64,000 nucleotides of DNA from Bugula neritina. Its lineage: Eukaryota > Animalia > Bryozoa. Positions 28,688 to 42,616 of the stretch are shown here, piece by piece. The stretch spans positions 25,994,628 through 26,058,627 of the forward strand of contig OZ037767.1 of assembly GCA_964035545.1 (NCBI GenBank), in the 5' to 3' direction. The translations under genes and the position numbers were made by a program. Below the pieces are notes generated by a model that saw nothing but the letters and a program-made list of their open reading frames with translations, was not told the origin of the DNA and did no database searches. Every line of letters begins with the position of its first letter. Positions within the stretch are counted from its first letter, which is position 1.

Positions 28688-29759
28688 ATTAGTTACTCTC
28701 AAATTTAGCTATAGGCCTACTATAATTAATATTTATGTTATGAGCGAGTATTAGTTTGATTATATGTATATGAAAATATACATTTACTTGTGTTTTTCCT
28801 GCTTGCTATTATAAAATAAAATATTATAATACCACAAAAATAAGCCAAATTATAAAATCTTCATTTAATAAATATCAGCATGTTATCATAAATAGAAGTT
28901 AATAAACAAGTTTATACAGCAAATATTTTAAGGTTGCAGCTTTATATAAAAACAACATTGAGATAGATAGCAGTAAACGCCATGTTGGCCTCAGTTCAAT
29001 TATAAAAATTTCAATTACAACATACTTTATGAATAAAAACAATAATGATAACTGTCATAGATTAATATACTATAATTATCTCATGTTGCATAAAGTCTAC
29101 TATTTTTATAAAGGCTATCTGAAACTATTTTCTATAGCATCAGGCATGACTTCTTAAAGGTATATATGGGGGAGGTGTATAAAAATATTCTGCGCTAATT
29201 TTACGCCTGAATTTACAGTGTTAGATTATTAAAGCTTTTGCAATTCAGAAATTGAGGAAATTATGATATGACTCACTTGAAGCATTACTCGTTTTCACCT
29301 AATTGCAAGTAAGCTGAAATTCAGTTGATTATTAGTTATTAATTCTGGGGTTTTTTAATTTAGTTATAAAAATAACTTTGAATTGATACTGCAAAATTTT
29401 ACAAGTTATTAAAACTTGTAATTAATGTTGTGATGATTTTAGTCTGTTGTCTACTGTACATTAGACTCTATTAATCTGCAGATTCAAACCTTTATAGTTT
29501 ATGTCGTGTCAGAGGTCATGAATGATGTCAGAGGTCATGAAACCAGGGCATATATTCACATAATTGACATGAAACATGATACTCATGAAAGCAGCTAATA
29601 ATAGTGTGACTCGAGTGTAGTTTACAAATCAATACTGCCCTTTAAAAACCTGCCTGTCATTACTTTTCCAGCATTAAACCTAATAAGAAGCCTTCATTAC
29701 AGACAGACATACAAATTGCTCATTCACTAGTTAAAACATTTAAATAGTAGCTAGAAATC

Positions 29760-29902
29760 ATGGATGAGAAAATGATGGAAGTAGACCCTCAGCAGCCTCG
29801 AAGGCATTCATCAACAAGACTTCAGCGGTCTGTATTAAATAATAGGTATATATCAAATATGCAAGTTCCTTAACCTGTTACACAGCTGTTGTTAGATGTT
29901 AC

Positions 29903-29974
<72 letters not shown>

Positions 29975-32900
29975 GGATAAGTAGTATATAACTTATTAGT
30001 AAAACACATAAGAATAATAATAGTGCGCAACTACTATGATATGTTAAAATAAAGGCAATAATTGCTCAGCTTGAGTATCTCCAAAGATTAAACTATTGTA
30101 TTTCTTTCTATTCACTGACATCACCTTGTTCCTTACCACTTTCCTCCCCTCCCTTCTCTCATATAATATCTTTCTTCTTTTCCATAATATCAGTTGTAGC
30201 CAGGTGATTTCTTTTATATGACTATATACTTATAGTCATAGCTCTCTTATGCCAATGTCATCGTTATAGTTTAGAATTCCTGAACTACTTTAGAACGGAA
30301 ATCTACTGGCATATATCTAACTTTTTTTGCTTTACTCTAGGATTCAAATGTTTTAAGCTTTACCATTTTGTAAAGAAGCAATTTTCAATCTTATGTATTC
30401 TTACTTTTATTCAACTAAAGCAAAAACCTAACTTGCAGTCTACCTGTCTTAGTTTATACTGGATATTCAACTACTCTTTGATTATTACAGAATTGAAAAG
30501 CTAATTTGGGACATAAATCACACGGACTTGCTTCTGTATCTGGTGACTCCAATTATTCTGGTTATTTCTGTCATTGTGCTGACGTGTGTGTCTCCATCTC
30601 AAAGTGTTGCTGCTTCTAAGAACCGCGTTGAATGCTGGTTTCCTGCACAGTTTACCCCCAGCTGGATAGAGTATGGAAGAAGTTTCTGCTTGAGTGAACG
30701 TGCAACACTCTACCATCTTAACATGAGTCAACCAATCAACGCAGAAAATTTGACTGATCTAAACATTGCTGAATATTTTGATCAGGTAAAAAATATACTA
30801 AACTATGAAGTCGATGCTGTTTCTATAGAACTTTAGGTAAAATGACATAGGTAATAATGGCACAATTGGAAAAGTAGGTCAAAATAGCACAATGATGTTA
30901 AATGTGCCCAAACTCAAACCCCTCAACTCCAAGCCCCCAACCTCAAACTCCAATACTGAAATTGTGCCATTTTTACGTACTTTTCCATTTGTGACATTGT
31001 TACCTGTGCCATTTTTACTGCACCATTTTTACCTGTGCTATTTTACCGGACACCGTTGCTATAGACATACACTACAGTTTAAGTGCTTTTGAAAGAGAGT
31101 AGTTGTAATCTCAATTTTAGTGAAACATTGTAAGTTGGGAAGTTTTTGGTTTTAAAACTACAACTCTAAATTAAGTTGCATGGGTCTTGCTGTATGTGTA
31201 ATTCAACATTTGGAAAGTTATTATATATTCAATGATTTGGTTAACTCTGTAAGCTCATGCACAGGTATTAGTTAGTTAAGCAGTGACAACACTGCTCAAT
31301 GCTTGGACTACTAAATGTTTAGTCAAAAATTTGAAAGTGCAAAAGATATTAATATATAAATTAAGATTTTAAATTCCTGAAATACACAATATCCAAAGTT
31401 GAGAGTTTACGCTATCTTAAAAAGCATAAACATAATATATATCTAACATTTTATAGCAGACATGAGACAATGATTTTCAATGTTTGACAATCAAGGCTCA
31501 GTAGATGAAAGGTTGAAAAACCCACCTGTTTGTCATTGAGTAGCTGTTTTGACAGCAGAAACCTATTAATTTTATGATGAAACTTTAGAAACAAGGAAGC
31601 ATTATAATTAAAAATATCCTGTTTTGATTCACTTTGAAACTGTATAAGGAATGAGCAACATTTTTATGATATTAAACATCTTTGGATATGTTTTATATTT
31701 AAGTCGATGCCGTGTTTTTTTGATAGATTGACCTTCGAACGTATTTCGCAACTCCTGAAACCCCTTTCATAAAGCTCATCATAATGGCTTTGCTGTGCTT
31801 TGCTCCAATAGTAACATGGAGAGTGTTAGCTGGGATCCTTGATGGCTCAGAGTTTATAAGCAACACTTCCAGAGAGCCTAACAGTATGTTTAAGGGCCTC
31901 AGTCTTATTTTATGGTAAGTTTATTATAGAGATGGCCACTGCTACTGGAATTATTAATAGTTTATATTTTGATCCAAAAATAGTGTTATGTGTGCAAAAG
32001 TGTTTTGAAGTTTATTATTAAATATAATATAGTGAGCTGTTAGTTTTAGGATATGATTACACTGTAACTAGATTAAAAATGCAATCTCGCACTTTATATG
32101 CTATAGTGAAAATGACACCATTATTTATATAAAATGAATCATGATGTATATTGTATGGCATTATATAGAGGCATGCAGCATTATATTGGTAATGTGTATT
32201 AGCTGACCTATGCTGTCATTATAGGGTGTGTCTCACTAGGCTAGGATCATGTGTGGTCTGCGTTCTGCTCATTATCAATATGCTGAACCTTCAAGCTAAT
32301 AATAATAAGACAACAACCAATCTAACTTCTCCATCCATTCAAGGTCAAGATCCAAGTGTGCTAGTTTTGTGTGAAATGAAGGTGAGATTGTTATACTTGC
32401 AGGTGAAACTTTCTCAGCATATTATTATTATTATCATTACTATTACTACTATTATTTTATTATTAGTGTGTGCAGCTTTTTTAGTATACCTACTGGATAC
32501 GGCATAGCAGCATAACACAGCAGTAGTATCAGCATCAGAGTGTGCTGCCGTGTGCTGTGTATGATTATATCAGCTCAAACTAATCAGCTGCTGACTTTTG
32601 CTTGTTGAAAATCTTATAGACCGTCTCTATTGAGTGTAGCACGTTTAAAACTCTACAATATTAAAAGTGTTTTCTGCCATTGTTGATAGACAAAGTATAT
32701 TCCCCTTAAGGCCTAGACTGAAATTAAAAGCTAGACTTCCTGCAGGTAAATAAATTAACTCGTAATCACATAGAGCACCACTGACGACACTATAAAGCAA
32801 CACAATGTTATAAAACATAGCAGTTAATAATATTACATTCCTCTTTCAAGAACTTGCGCTGCCATATTGTCTTTAGTTGATAATTACTATGACCAAAGTA

Positions 32901-34693
32901 GTTCGTCTTACACTTTTGATTTGTTTTCATTAAACTGAGTGTAATAGTGAAACGTGATGAGATGGTGCTTCTAATTACATGTCAGAATCAGTTGTAAATT
33001 ATTGGTACGCATTGACAAAAAAAGGAGACAACTCAGCAAAAAAGTATTTATCTATCTAGAAAGTTAAAATAGCTGCAATTATAAAGTCCAGATGGTTAGA
33101 AAATAGGACTTTAATATTTTTTAATAATTCTTTTGTAGGCTGTTTTATTGTTTGTTATATGTTTGGCAGACTTAACTAATTGAACACAGTAATTGGTATC
33201 ATACAGAAATATCTCCAAATATTATGTCCAACTTCATTTTCAATTAATTTATGCAACAATTGTAGGTTCTGATCTTTGCATATCGAATTCATACACACAG
33301 AATTCAGTGTCTGGTAACCCAGGAGATGGTAGCACCAGATGATAGTCTGTACTTCATCGCTGGTCCTCTTTTAAAATCAGTACTAATTTGGGTGTATGGA
33401 GTAACTATTGCTATATCTGTTAATGCTGTTTGTACTCTGGTCATTTCCCTGATGTGTTTCTTCAAGTCTTATCGCCTGTACTTCATCAAGAGGTAATATT
33501 CACCGGCTTTCCATGTACCGATCTCAGATCGATCTCAGGGAGATCGATCCATGGAAAGACGCCAAAGATCGATCTCAGTCGATCTGAGCTGGTCGGTCTG
33601 TGGAGCTCGAACTCAGATCGATCTCATGTCAATAAGACCATGGAAAGACGCCAGATCGATCTGAGAAGTAGAAAAAGACTGCGCGCTACAATGTTGTCTG
33701 CTAATAAAAATGATAACTTATTGATAATTACTAAGCAAAGTATTAAATAATTATGATAGCCACCTATTCAGATGCCAAAACTTTGACTTTCAGTAAAATG
33801 ATCAAGAAAACTCAATTATATGCAGTAGAAGGTAAAAAAATGGGAGAATTTAAATTGAGTTTAAATGACTATTAAAACTTAGTTTCATTAGCTATTTTCT
33901 ATGTAATTTTAAGCCTAACAGTCCTGTAAGTTTATTAATAATCTGCAAGACAGCCATTAATTTTATGTAAGCTGTCAAGCTAAAAAATTAAAATTATTTA
34001 TTTTAAATTGGCCAAATTACCATACACTGAAAGCTTTGCTGCATATAGTTTATAGCTGGGATTAAATTTTAGACTACGACAATCTTGTTTTCAACAGTAG
34101 TAGCTTTAATCACTCAAATAGGTGAACAAATTATACTTTTAAAGTATCCTTCACTTAAGAGGAGGCAACTTCGCAAGATCGATCTGACACTCTCATGGAA
34201 AAACGATCGATCTGAGCACATTTCTGAGATCGATCTCAGCGAGATCGATTTGAGATCGGTACATAGAAAGCCCGTGAATAACTATATAATACTAAATAAT
34301 GGTTACTACAACATTGCATACTAATAGTATTACATAACATTCCAAAAATAGTCATAAAAAATTTGTCAAACTTTTAGCTATTTTCTGTTTCATATTTAGT
34401 ATATTTGTATATAAATTATTAACTGACAAGTGCACTAGCGCATATTGTTATAAGTTTATATTATTTTGATATGCATCTGATAAAATTTACAATAATTTTA
34501 GCTCATACATGTATTGTATAAAATAAATCTTTACAGCAAAGCTGGGAAACAAGATATGACTAAGTACAGTGCTGTAGACTATGGACTTGGAGTATCAGGA
34601 GTGATGGTGGCCAGTCTAGGAGCCCGTAATGGAGGGAGTCATCAAGTTAAAGATCTTATCCAACAACTGTGTGATGACATCACTAGTTATTGA
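29760..34693 (+). CDS. Divergent innexin (gap-junction/pannexin family), ~369 aa
   Basis: Exons 29760-29845, 30491-30785, 31727-31914, 32225-32381, 33266-33492, 34537-34693 give 1110 nt in frame. EL1 signature VECWFPAQFTPSWIEYGRSFC; TM2 PFIKLIIMALLCFAPIVTW; EL2 cysteines VLCEMK and HRIQCLV; four hydrophobic segments; C-tail LGVSGV...NGG...DLIQQL. Confidence 0.88.
29906..29971. repeat. (TA)n microsatellite
   Basis: Perfect TA run in innexin intron 1. Confidence 0.97.
30836..31054. mobile_element. Small foldback/MITE-like element built of ggtaaaaatggcac-type units
   Basis: 30836-30893 (ggtaaaatgacataggtaataatggcacaattggaaaagtagg...) pairs with 30961-31020 (attgtgccatttttacgtacttttccatttgtgacattgttacctgtgccattttt); the spacer is C-rich. 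Confidence 0.6.
33497..34280. mobile_element. MITE (~780 bp) with GATC-rich terminal inverted repeats in innexin intron 5
   Basis: Left tattcaccggctttccatgtaccgatctcagatcgatctc; right (reverse complement) tattcacgggctttctatgtaccgatctcaaatcgatctc. Many subterminal AGATCGATCT palindromes; AT-rich non-coding core. Confidence 0.85.
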
Positions 34694-35365
34694 TGACATC
34701 ACTAGTTATTGGTGACATTACAGATTAGTCAAATAACTGTCTATACGCTATGTATGCTATCAATACCATTGCTAATTTGCTAGGCCAATGCTTGGTCATC
34801 TACAATTTATCTTATAAGCATAATATTTTGCTTAGGCGTTACTAAATATGGTTGTCAAATATTCATTTTTTTGGTTTGCAAATATAACTATTAATGAATG
34901 CTAAGATTTTTTGTAAGTATACATTTGATTTTTTAATCCATGAGTTGAGATTTCTAATAAAAAATATACCATTGTTTTGCTTAACCTGATGGAAGAGTGG
35001 GTAACACTTACTGTTTCTAAGTGTTCATATTATTATAGCTGTTGGCTATGTATACCAATAATGGATGCAATATTGCTAAACTCAAAGGTGCTTTACACAG
35101 CACACCTCAAGTTAAAGCTCTATAGGCAACTTTGCATTTATATGAAGTCTAAGGCATTATATGGTGAACTTTGGAAAGTCCAACCCCCTATTATATAGTT
35201 TTAATATAATCTTATCACCTTGTATAACAGTTTCTGTACCTCTTCAACTGATAAGTATATTATTATTGTGCCACAGCCTTACAGTTAACACATGATAGAT
35301 TGGAATCTAGCTAGTAAACACAAAGCACACAGCACCATTCACTCTTATTACTTCATTACATAACC

Positions 35366-38300
35366 ATGCAGCTCTTTCTCATACTTCTCCTCTCTACAGC
35401 AGGTAATGTTCAGACAGGTATTTCATGTGCTTAATCACTCTCCATTTTAACAGCACACTTGTACAAGTTTTTTTTATTTTGTGGTGGTTTTACATCAATA
35501 TGTTCCTACTATTTTTATCTAGTGTATCTAGCATATTCATGTTTATGTACATTTTGTGTCATTTCCTATCACATCTGTGAAAGGCTATATGGTCACCAAA
35601 GACTAATTATTACAACACGAAATTAAAACTTTACATATGCTAGGAGCTATTACTTGAGTGTGCCTGTATATTTAAAATGTGATTAAAAACTAACAGAGTT
35701 GTCTATACATGTAAAATTTAAGCAATGTTGATTTTCTACGATGCAGTTGGTAAAGGTTGTGATTTATAAGATTTGAAAGGCAGTTTATATAGTGTGGTAT
35801 TTGCTATATAAATAATCTTACAGCACTTGCTGCTATACACAAACTTGGTCAATTATAAAATGTTTCTGATTGGCTTGTTACAGCTTCCTGTTTAAAGGAA
35901 AGCTTAAATGCTCATCAAAACCAAAGTCAGCTTGAGAATCACAATGAGACTACATTGATGGCAGCTCATTTCCCAGACTTTTCCAACCATTCCCAGACAA
36001 ATGCTTCTAAAGATAGCATGATGGCTCAAACATTGGGAATATCCACTGAGAGTGTTTTAAGCAATCACTCCAACTCCTCAACTATAACTACACTAGATAC
36101 TATGAGTCCAGCTGAAATGAGCGATACTCACAGCAGTTCAGATGCATCTTCTACAAAAAGCTTTGTGAGTAGCACTATCACAGCTTCCACTTTTGTGCTT
36201 TCTTCCCAAGTTCCTACTGAGTCACCATCAACTGTGGATATATCCACTTCACAGCCAGTTGTAATTACAAATGACTCTTTAAATAATGTAACGACTACTG
36301 ACTATCTACCAAATGTGACAACCACGAGCCAACAGCAGAATGTCACAGTTACTGGCCCTCAAACGAACGTAACAATTACCAACCAACCACAAACTGTGTC
36401 AACGACAGTCCCACAACAGAATATTACTACTACTGACTCACAAATGAATGTGACAGCTACTAACCCACCACAGGATGTAACCAACAGCTCTCTACAAAAT
36501 GTGACCACTACTAGCCAACCACAAACTATAACAATGACAATCCAACAAAAGAATTCCACCGTTACTAAGCCTCAAAAGAATATGACAATTACTACGCCCC
36601 CACAAGATGCAACCAACAGTTCTCTACAGACTGTGACAACTACCAGTTTAAAGACAACCAGAAAGACTTCAGTGCCGGCTACATCAGTTAGACTATCTAC
36701 TGCAAATGATAAGACATCAACAACTACACCTTTAAAGCCAAAAACCTCGGCCGAACCAGCTACTGTACCGGCTATTAGTTCTACCGAGTCAAAAATCACG
36801 ACATCTCTCAATACCTTAAGCACTGCTCAGTCATCAACTACCAGCTCAAGTATGATTTTATTCTATTATTTGTAAAGTCCAGGTTTGATTAAACTCATAC
36901 AATGATATAAATTTATATTACGTACTAAAATAAATTACATGGTGCTAATAGCTATTAGCTTATATTGCCCACTGTACACAATTGCTCTGCCTTTCGGCCA
37001 CGCATCTGACGTAAATTGTTATAATCAATTGCTATGAAAGTAAACCATGCTCAAATTATGATATCCATAATATTTTATGATTATTTTATAAATCATAACA
37101 TTATTACTATTTATTGAACATTAGTCTAATAGTTTCTTAATATTGTCATTGGTTAGTTATGTATTTATCTACAAACTAGGTTAATGCCTAGCAAGTTGTT
37201 GAAATTTAATGTAGTGTAAATTTGGCTTCTGCAGGTCAACATCAGTTCAAATATGTGTTTTATGGTTCGGGGCATAACTGGACCCATCCTCGTTTAAAAA
37301 TATGTCTGTACTGTAAAGGAGAACTTAAACCAAGTGTTACTTCCTGTATCACCGTGGAGAATATACAACAGAAGCCTCATGAAGGTAAAACAAATGAAGG
37401 TGCACAGCCAGTATACTATTTATCTCACGACAGTTGACTATAAACTCATTTTGATTATCACTATGATTATCAGCACAGCATTCTATTGGCTGTATATATT
37501 ATTACTATAACAATGTGCATTATGGGATACATACTATCATAAGATACTAACTATGCACTGTGTAATCCTTTTTTATGTGTTTAAAGTTCATTTTGATTTG
37601 TTCACATATATTTGTCATTTACGGAAACAAGTACTTGAAATCGACCTAACATGCAATGCACCAGAATGCCAACAAATAGTATGCATTCACTTATGTATAA
37701 TACGTGCAATAGAGTATCTGTGGTTGGAATAGGGAGATTTTTCTGCAGATTAACTAGTCAATTATATAGCACACGAAGTAGTTACTTAAATAGGGTATGT
37801 CATAGCTAATTATAAAATAGTGCATACCACAGTTACGTAAATAATACATGCTACGGCCACTTGTATATTACACAGCATAGCTACCTATGTATATAATAGT
37901 CCATACCAATATAGTGACACACAAAAAATACTAATAATACATACTGTAGCTACTTCTTTAGCACACATCTATACTTACATGTTAATTACATTAATTAAGC
38001 TACTTACATATATAATAAATGTTATTGTTGCTTATATTATATTACACACCATAGTTACTTTTATATAGTGTAAACATATATTTACTTACATTAAGTGTTT
38101 TTGACAACTGAAAATGTTACTCCTTGCAGATGTCATAACCTGGAACGTATCTGGCTTATATCCAAATTCATGTCAAACCATTTCCTTTTTTTGGGCTGCC
38201 CAATGGCAGATAGATGATCACAACTGGGGTTATAAGGTCAACTCCACAATAGTTAAAGGGTGGAAGGAAACGGATATTCAGTCTTTTTCACCTTCTGAGT

Positions 38301-41300
38301 TCAAGTGTAGTAATGGGGCTCTGCATATCTACACCAACTGGGAAAGTTATGGTAGGTTATAATAAATTGCATCTATTGGTATTTAGTGTATTGGCCGCTG
38401 TATGCCTTATACATAAATTTATGCACTGCTTCTATTCACATACCTTGAATGTGTGCAACTTAGTATGATATTGTATTGTATTCATGGAACATGCCAAGTT
38501 TCAAGTGTTTAAGCAGATTATATTCCCTTAGTGCATAGTATTATGTTTTAAAAGTTGTAACTACATTGTAAATGTAGGATATATATTAACATAACTGGCT
38601 AACTTAATATTATTCCATATAGAATATTAAACACCTACATGTGTCTTCAAATGTATTCCATCTTTTAGATAAACTAAATATAACTTGTAACCAAGGAACT
38701 TCTAGCACAGCTCCTTTCACCAACACTACCAGTTCAGCTACAGCTAGCCTGAAAACCAAAACCACAAAGCCTCCAGTGTCTGTTAGATGGACCACCCTTC
38801 CCTCAAAGTCAACTCAGGCAGCTTTTAGAAGTTACAACTACAACTTCGGTGAAGGTGTGTTAGTACTTAAATTTATTAGTGTTCTATAAATAGAAAAAAA
38901 GCAGAACTAAAAAGAATTTTTGAAAAAAAAGATTGTTCTGAACAATAAGCACTGTAAGTAATAATGGCTTATTGAGTAACTGGGCTGACAGCTTACAAAA
39001 GTGTGTTAAAATTATTTTAAGTCTTTTTAACTCCTCGGTTTAAAGTTATTCAAAGAATAATGTTTTTATGGTATACAATTAAAAATGTAAATATATTATT
39101 TATATGTTCTAAATATTGATATTTATATACTAATATACTAAAATATACATTCCTAGAGCGGGGCTTGAACCCTTATAGTGATTCATTAACATATTACTTT
39201 TACATTTTCACTCAAGCTGTAAAATATTAAAATTGAGTACAATAAAATGCTAACTCATGCCAACTTAAACTTTTACCATTAAATTTAGGAATAAACTAAA
39301 TAATGGCTTGTTTGAGAATATTAAAAAATTATGACATATATAAATTTTTTCTAAACAATGAGGATTATATAATACATTCTGCTTGCAACATAACTGTATC
39401 GGTTTTGTATTAGTGTCTGGTTGAATGGTATATTTTAACTACTAGCCAACTTGGCAACAGGTTTTCAAGTTTATCTACTCTCAAATCGTACCCTAGAAAA
39501 ATGGGAAAAATTAGAAATTGTATAAGTAAGTAGTAACAATATAAATCAAAAGTCAGAGAAACACTATGAACATCACAAAACCAAGCAAATTGACATGATC
39601 TATTATAATTCTAATAAAACTTACAATATTGATGCATAGATAAACTTCTTAGCCATCACAATGCCAAAACCGATAGTTTATTCTTACAAAGAGTGTAAAT
39701 ATTGGTGTCTAACTGTGTGTTCTTATAATGCTAAAAATGCTTCTCTCTGGCGGTTTGATCATGATACACTGACTCATGCAGTACAGTGAATTAGCACTAG
39801 CCCTGCCAGCTAATAATAGCTTTGGTGAAAGCTTTGAAGCCTGAAAGCTTTAATGATTGGCTGCCTGCCAATACATCTGGGTGGCATACCAATACAATAA
39901 CTATGTATAAAAACTATTAGCAAAACATGCAAGTTTGACAAACAACATATTAAACTTTTTACGCTATGCCTGTTGCAGCTGACACTTGCAACTATTTTGT
40001 CCATTATTGTTTAACTGAATCAGTTTAAGTATTTGCATGCGATAACGTGTGATTGTGTAAATATTGAATGATTTTCTTTTTAAGAAACTTAAATAAGTTC
40101 ATGAAGTGCAATCCTCATATTTTTAAAACTGATACAGACATTGAAAACCAGCACTCAATTAAAGAGTTGATATTTGAACTGCTGATTAGTGACAACTGTT
40201 TAGGCACCTTATATCTTGAACTAATCAGCGAATAATCAATGCATTTCCAGACTAATAAAATAAATTAAATGATTTCACTTGTTTTGTAATAGCAACTTTA
40301 AAGTATGTGTCAACATTTACATTTTAGGTCCAATAATTGCAGTGGTTGTGTGTTCTTGCATTATAATAATGGTGATAATTGCGGCTACAGTTTGTGCAGT
40401 TAAAAGGTAAGTTATTTAGATTGCCAGCATTTCGTATTTCTAAATAATTGCCATTTATATAATTGCCAATGATGTCAAGAAACAAACATTCTTTTTTTGT
40501 AAGACATACTTTTTAGCAACAAAAAAGAATTTAGTACCTCATAGCTTTTTAAGTTTTTATTTTTTGTTCCCTTAAATAATATTTGGTTGATTTTATGATG
40601 CACTACAGTGGTAGCCTGTCTAGCATGACTAGTCCTTGCATATAAAATTTTGTTAAAATATTATAAAAGTCAACAAAATACTTTCAGTGAACTACAAATG
40701 GCTGAGTTATCTCAAATTTAATTTTTAGTTTAAAGCAAAGTTGCTCGTTTCCTATTGCAATGTTTTCTTGATGCATCGATATCAACCAATCAGCTTATTT
40801 CCTACAAAGTAAGAGCGATTAAACCCAGCAATTAGTAAATATACAACAGTATAAAACTGGCCATGGATCATTAAAGCCAAATACATTTAGCAGTTACAAC
40901 TACTACTTTGTAGTAGAATCAACTTTTCAACCTAGTCTTTCGGGTTGAAACATTTTAATAAGATCTTGTTCATAGTTTCAAGCGGCGCCGAAGAGGTACA
41001 TTTCAAAGTACAGGATACCGGAATGATGACACTTCCATAGCCTTTGATAACATACTCCCTGGAGGGAAAGGCTATAACCGTGGTAGAACAGATTCCAGAA
41101 GTCTTCTTTACTCGTCAGACCTGGATGAAGATGAGGAAGAAACCATGTACCAACCACAGATGTTTACTTTCAGAGGTGAGTAGTTATCACATTATATAGA
41201 AATGATAACTCCAACACTGTCTAAATACAAATAGTACATATGAGTAATAGCATATAACCATTACATACTAATGCTATAATTATAGTTTTAATGTCTCCTA

Positions 41301-41525
41301 CAGCTTTTTTCAGGTCAGATTATTAAATAGCATTTTAAGGAATTTGTAAACCTAAATTTGATTATCAACAGACTTTCTTGAACTATGTTCAAAGCTTATA
41401 ATATTTGTTTAAAAAGATTTACATTTAGATGGAATAGATCTAAACATAAATTAAAATCCTTCTTGTCCTATTGCTTATTATATATTTCTCAGCTTTCACC
41501 GCCATGTCCTGATAGGGTGGCATAT

Positions 41526-41614
<89 letters not shown>

Positions 41615-42616
41615 TATATCAAACATACATTTATATCGTCTGAGATAAAATCACACCAAGATAAAAAATATATGCAAAAATCATTGTACCAATCATGTAG
41701 CTTAGTCATTGGAAAAAAATGCAATACTACTTAAAATACACTAGCACAATTTATAAATTTCCATGTGTGCATAATACAAATATTGTGTAATAAGATTTTT
41801 TTGCTCATTTAGATAAATGTATTTGGTATGATTAGAGTGCACGATTAGAGTGCACAACTATCACCATTTTCAAACTAATGCATGATATATAAGTATAATG
41901 CCACGCACCTGACATACCTGGCAATTCCTATAACGCTTTCTAGTTCATTACTTGTATTAGATAAAATTATTATTATTTTCAATTGTTTTGAAGAGCCAGA
42001 AAACTCCTATAGGAACCAGCCAACTACCGAAGAAAATGTTCAGAGGCCAGGCGACCGGCACAAACCATTTCTCAGAAGAAGTTCTGTACAGCTCTCTCCA
42101 GTAAGTCTTGTCTATATGGAAATTATAATAGAACCTAGAAAATATTGACAGATATCCTCCTTTTAATGATCAGGTTGTATTTAACTTTTGCCAAATGCAG
42201 CAATCAACTTACTAATGCCAGCAGGCCAATTTCACTTATTAAATCATTGCAATTTAATCTCAAATTTTGATTTTCTCCAATAAAACTGGGTTGCTAGAGG
42301 TCTAAAATATCTACATGATAAGAAGACTTAATCTCTTGTTGCACAGAATTAGAACTTGATAGTTTTTTGCATACGATCTATTACAGAGTTATAGTTATAT
42401 AATTTAACATGTTTATCTTTGAAAAAAAACAATGAATATATGTTCATAATAAACTTGAAACATATCAACTTTAGCCATGCTTGTCACTTTAATGCAACTT
42501 CTAAAAGCGTTGACTGTTTTTATATGCTGCAAAATATTCTTGCTACGACAATTTAAAGTAATATGTTTTTTCTTTTCTAACAGTTAAATCAGGCCCTGGA
42601 CTACTCAGAAGGATAA
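35366..42616 (+). CDS. Type-I transmembrane mucin-like protein (~659 aa)
   Basis: Exons 35366-35402, 35884-36849, 37235-37384, 38130-38351, 38669-38854, 40328-40406, 40976-41175, 41994-42100, 42584-42616 give 1980 nt in frame. Signal peptide MQLFLILLLSTAASC; S/T/P mucin region with many N-x-T sequons; Cys/Trp globular domain; TM IIAVVVCSCIIIMVIIAATVCAV followed by KSFKRRRR. Confidence 0.85.
41524..41612. repeat. (TA)n microsatellite
   Basis: Near-perfect TA run in an intron. Confidence 0.97.

Noticed and set aside
36359-36823. Val-rich minus-strand ORFs
   Set aside because: They are the antisense shadow of the Thr-rich mucin exon.
41385-41724. YIYIYI ORFs
   Set aside because: They are translations of a (TA)n microsatellite.
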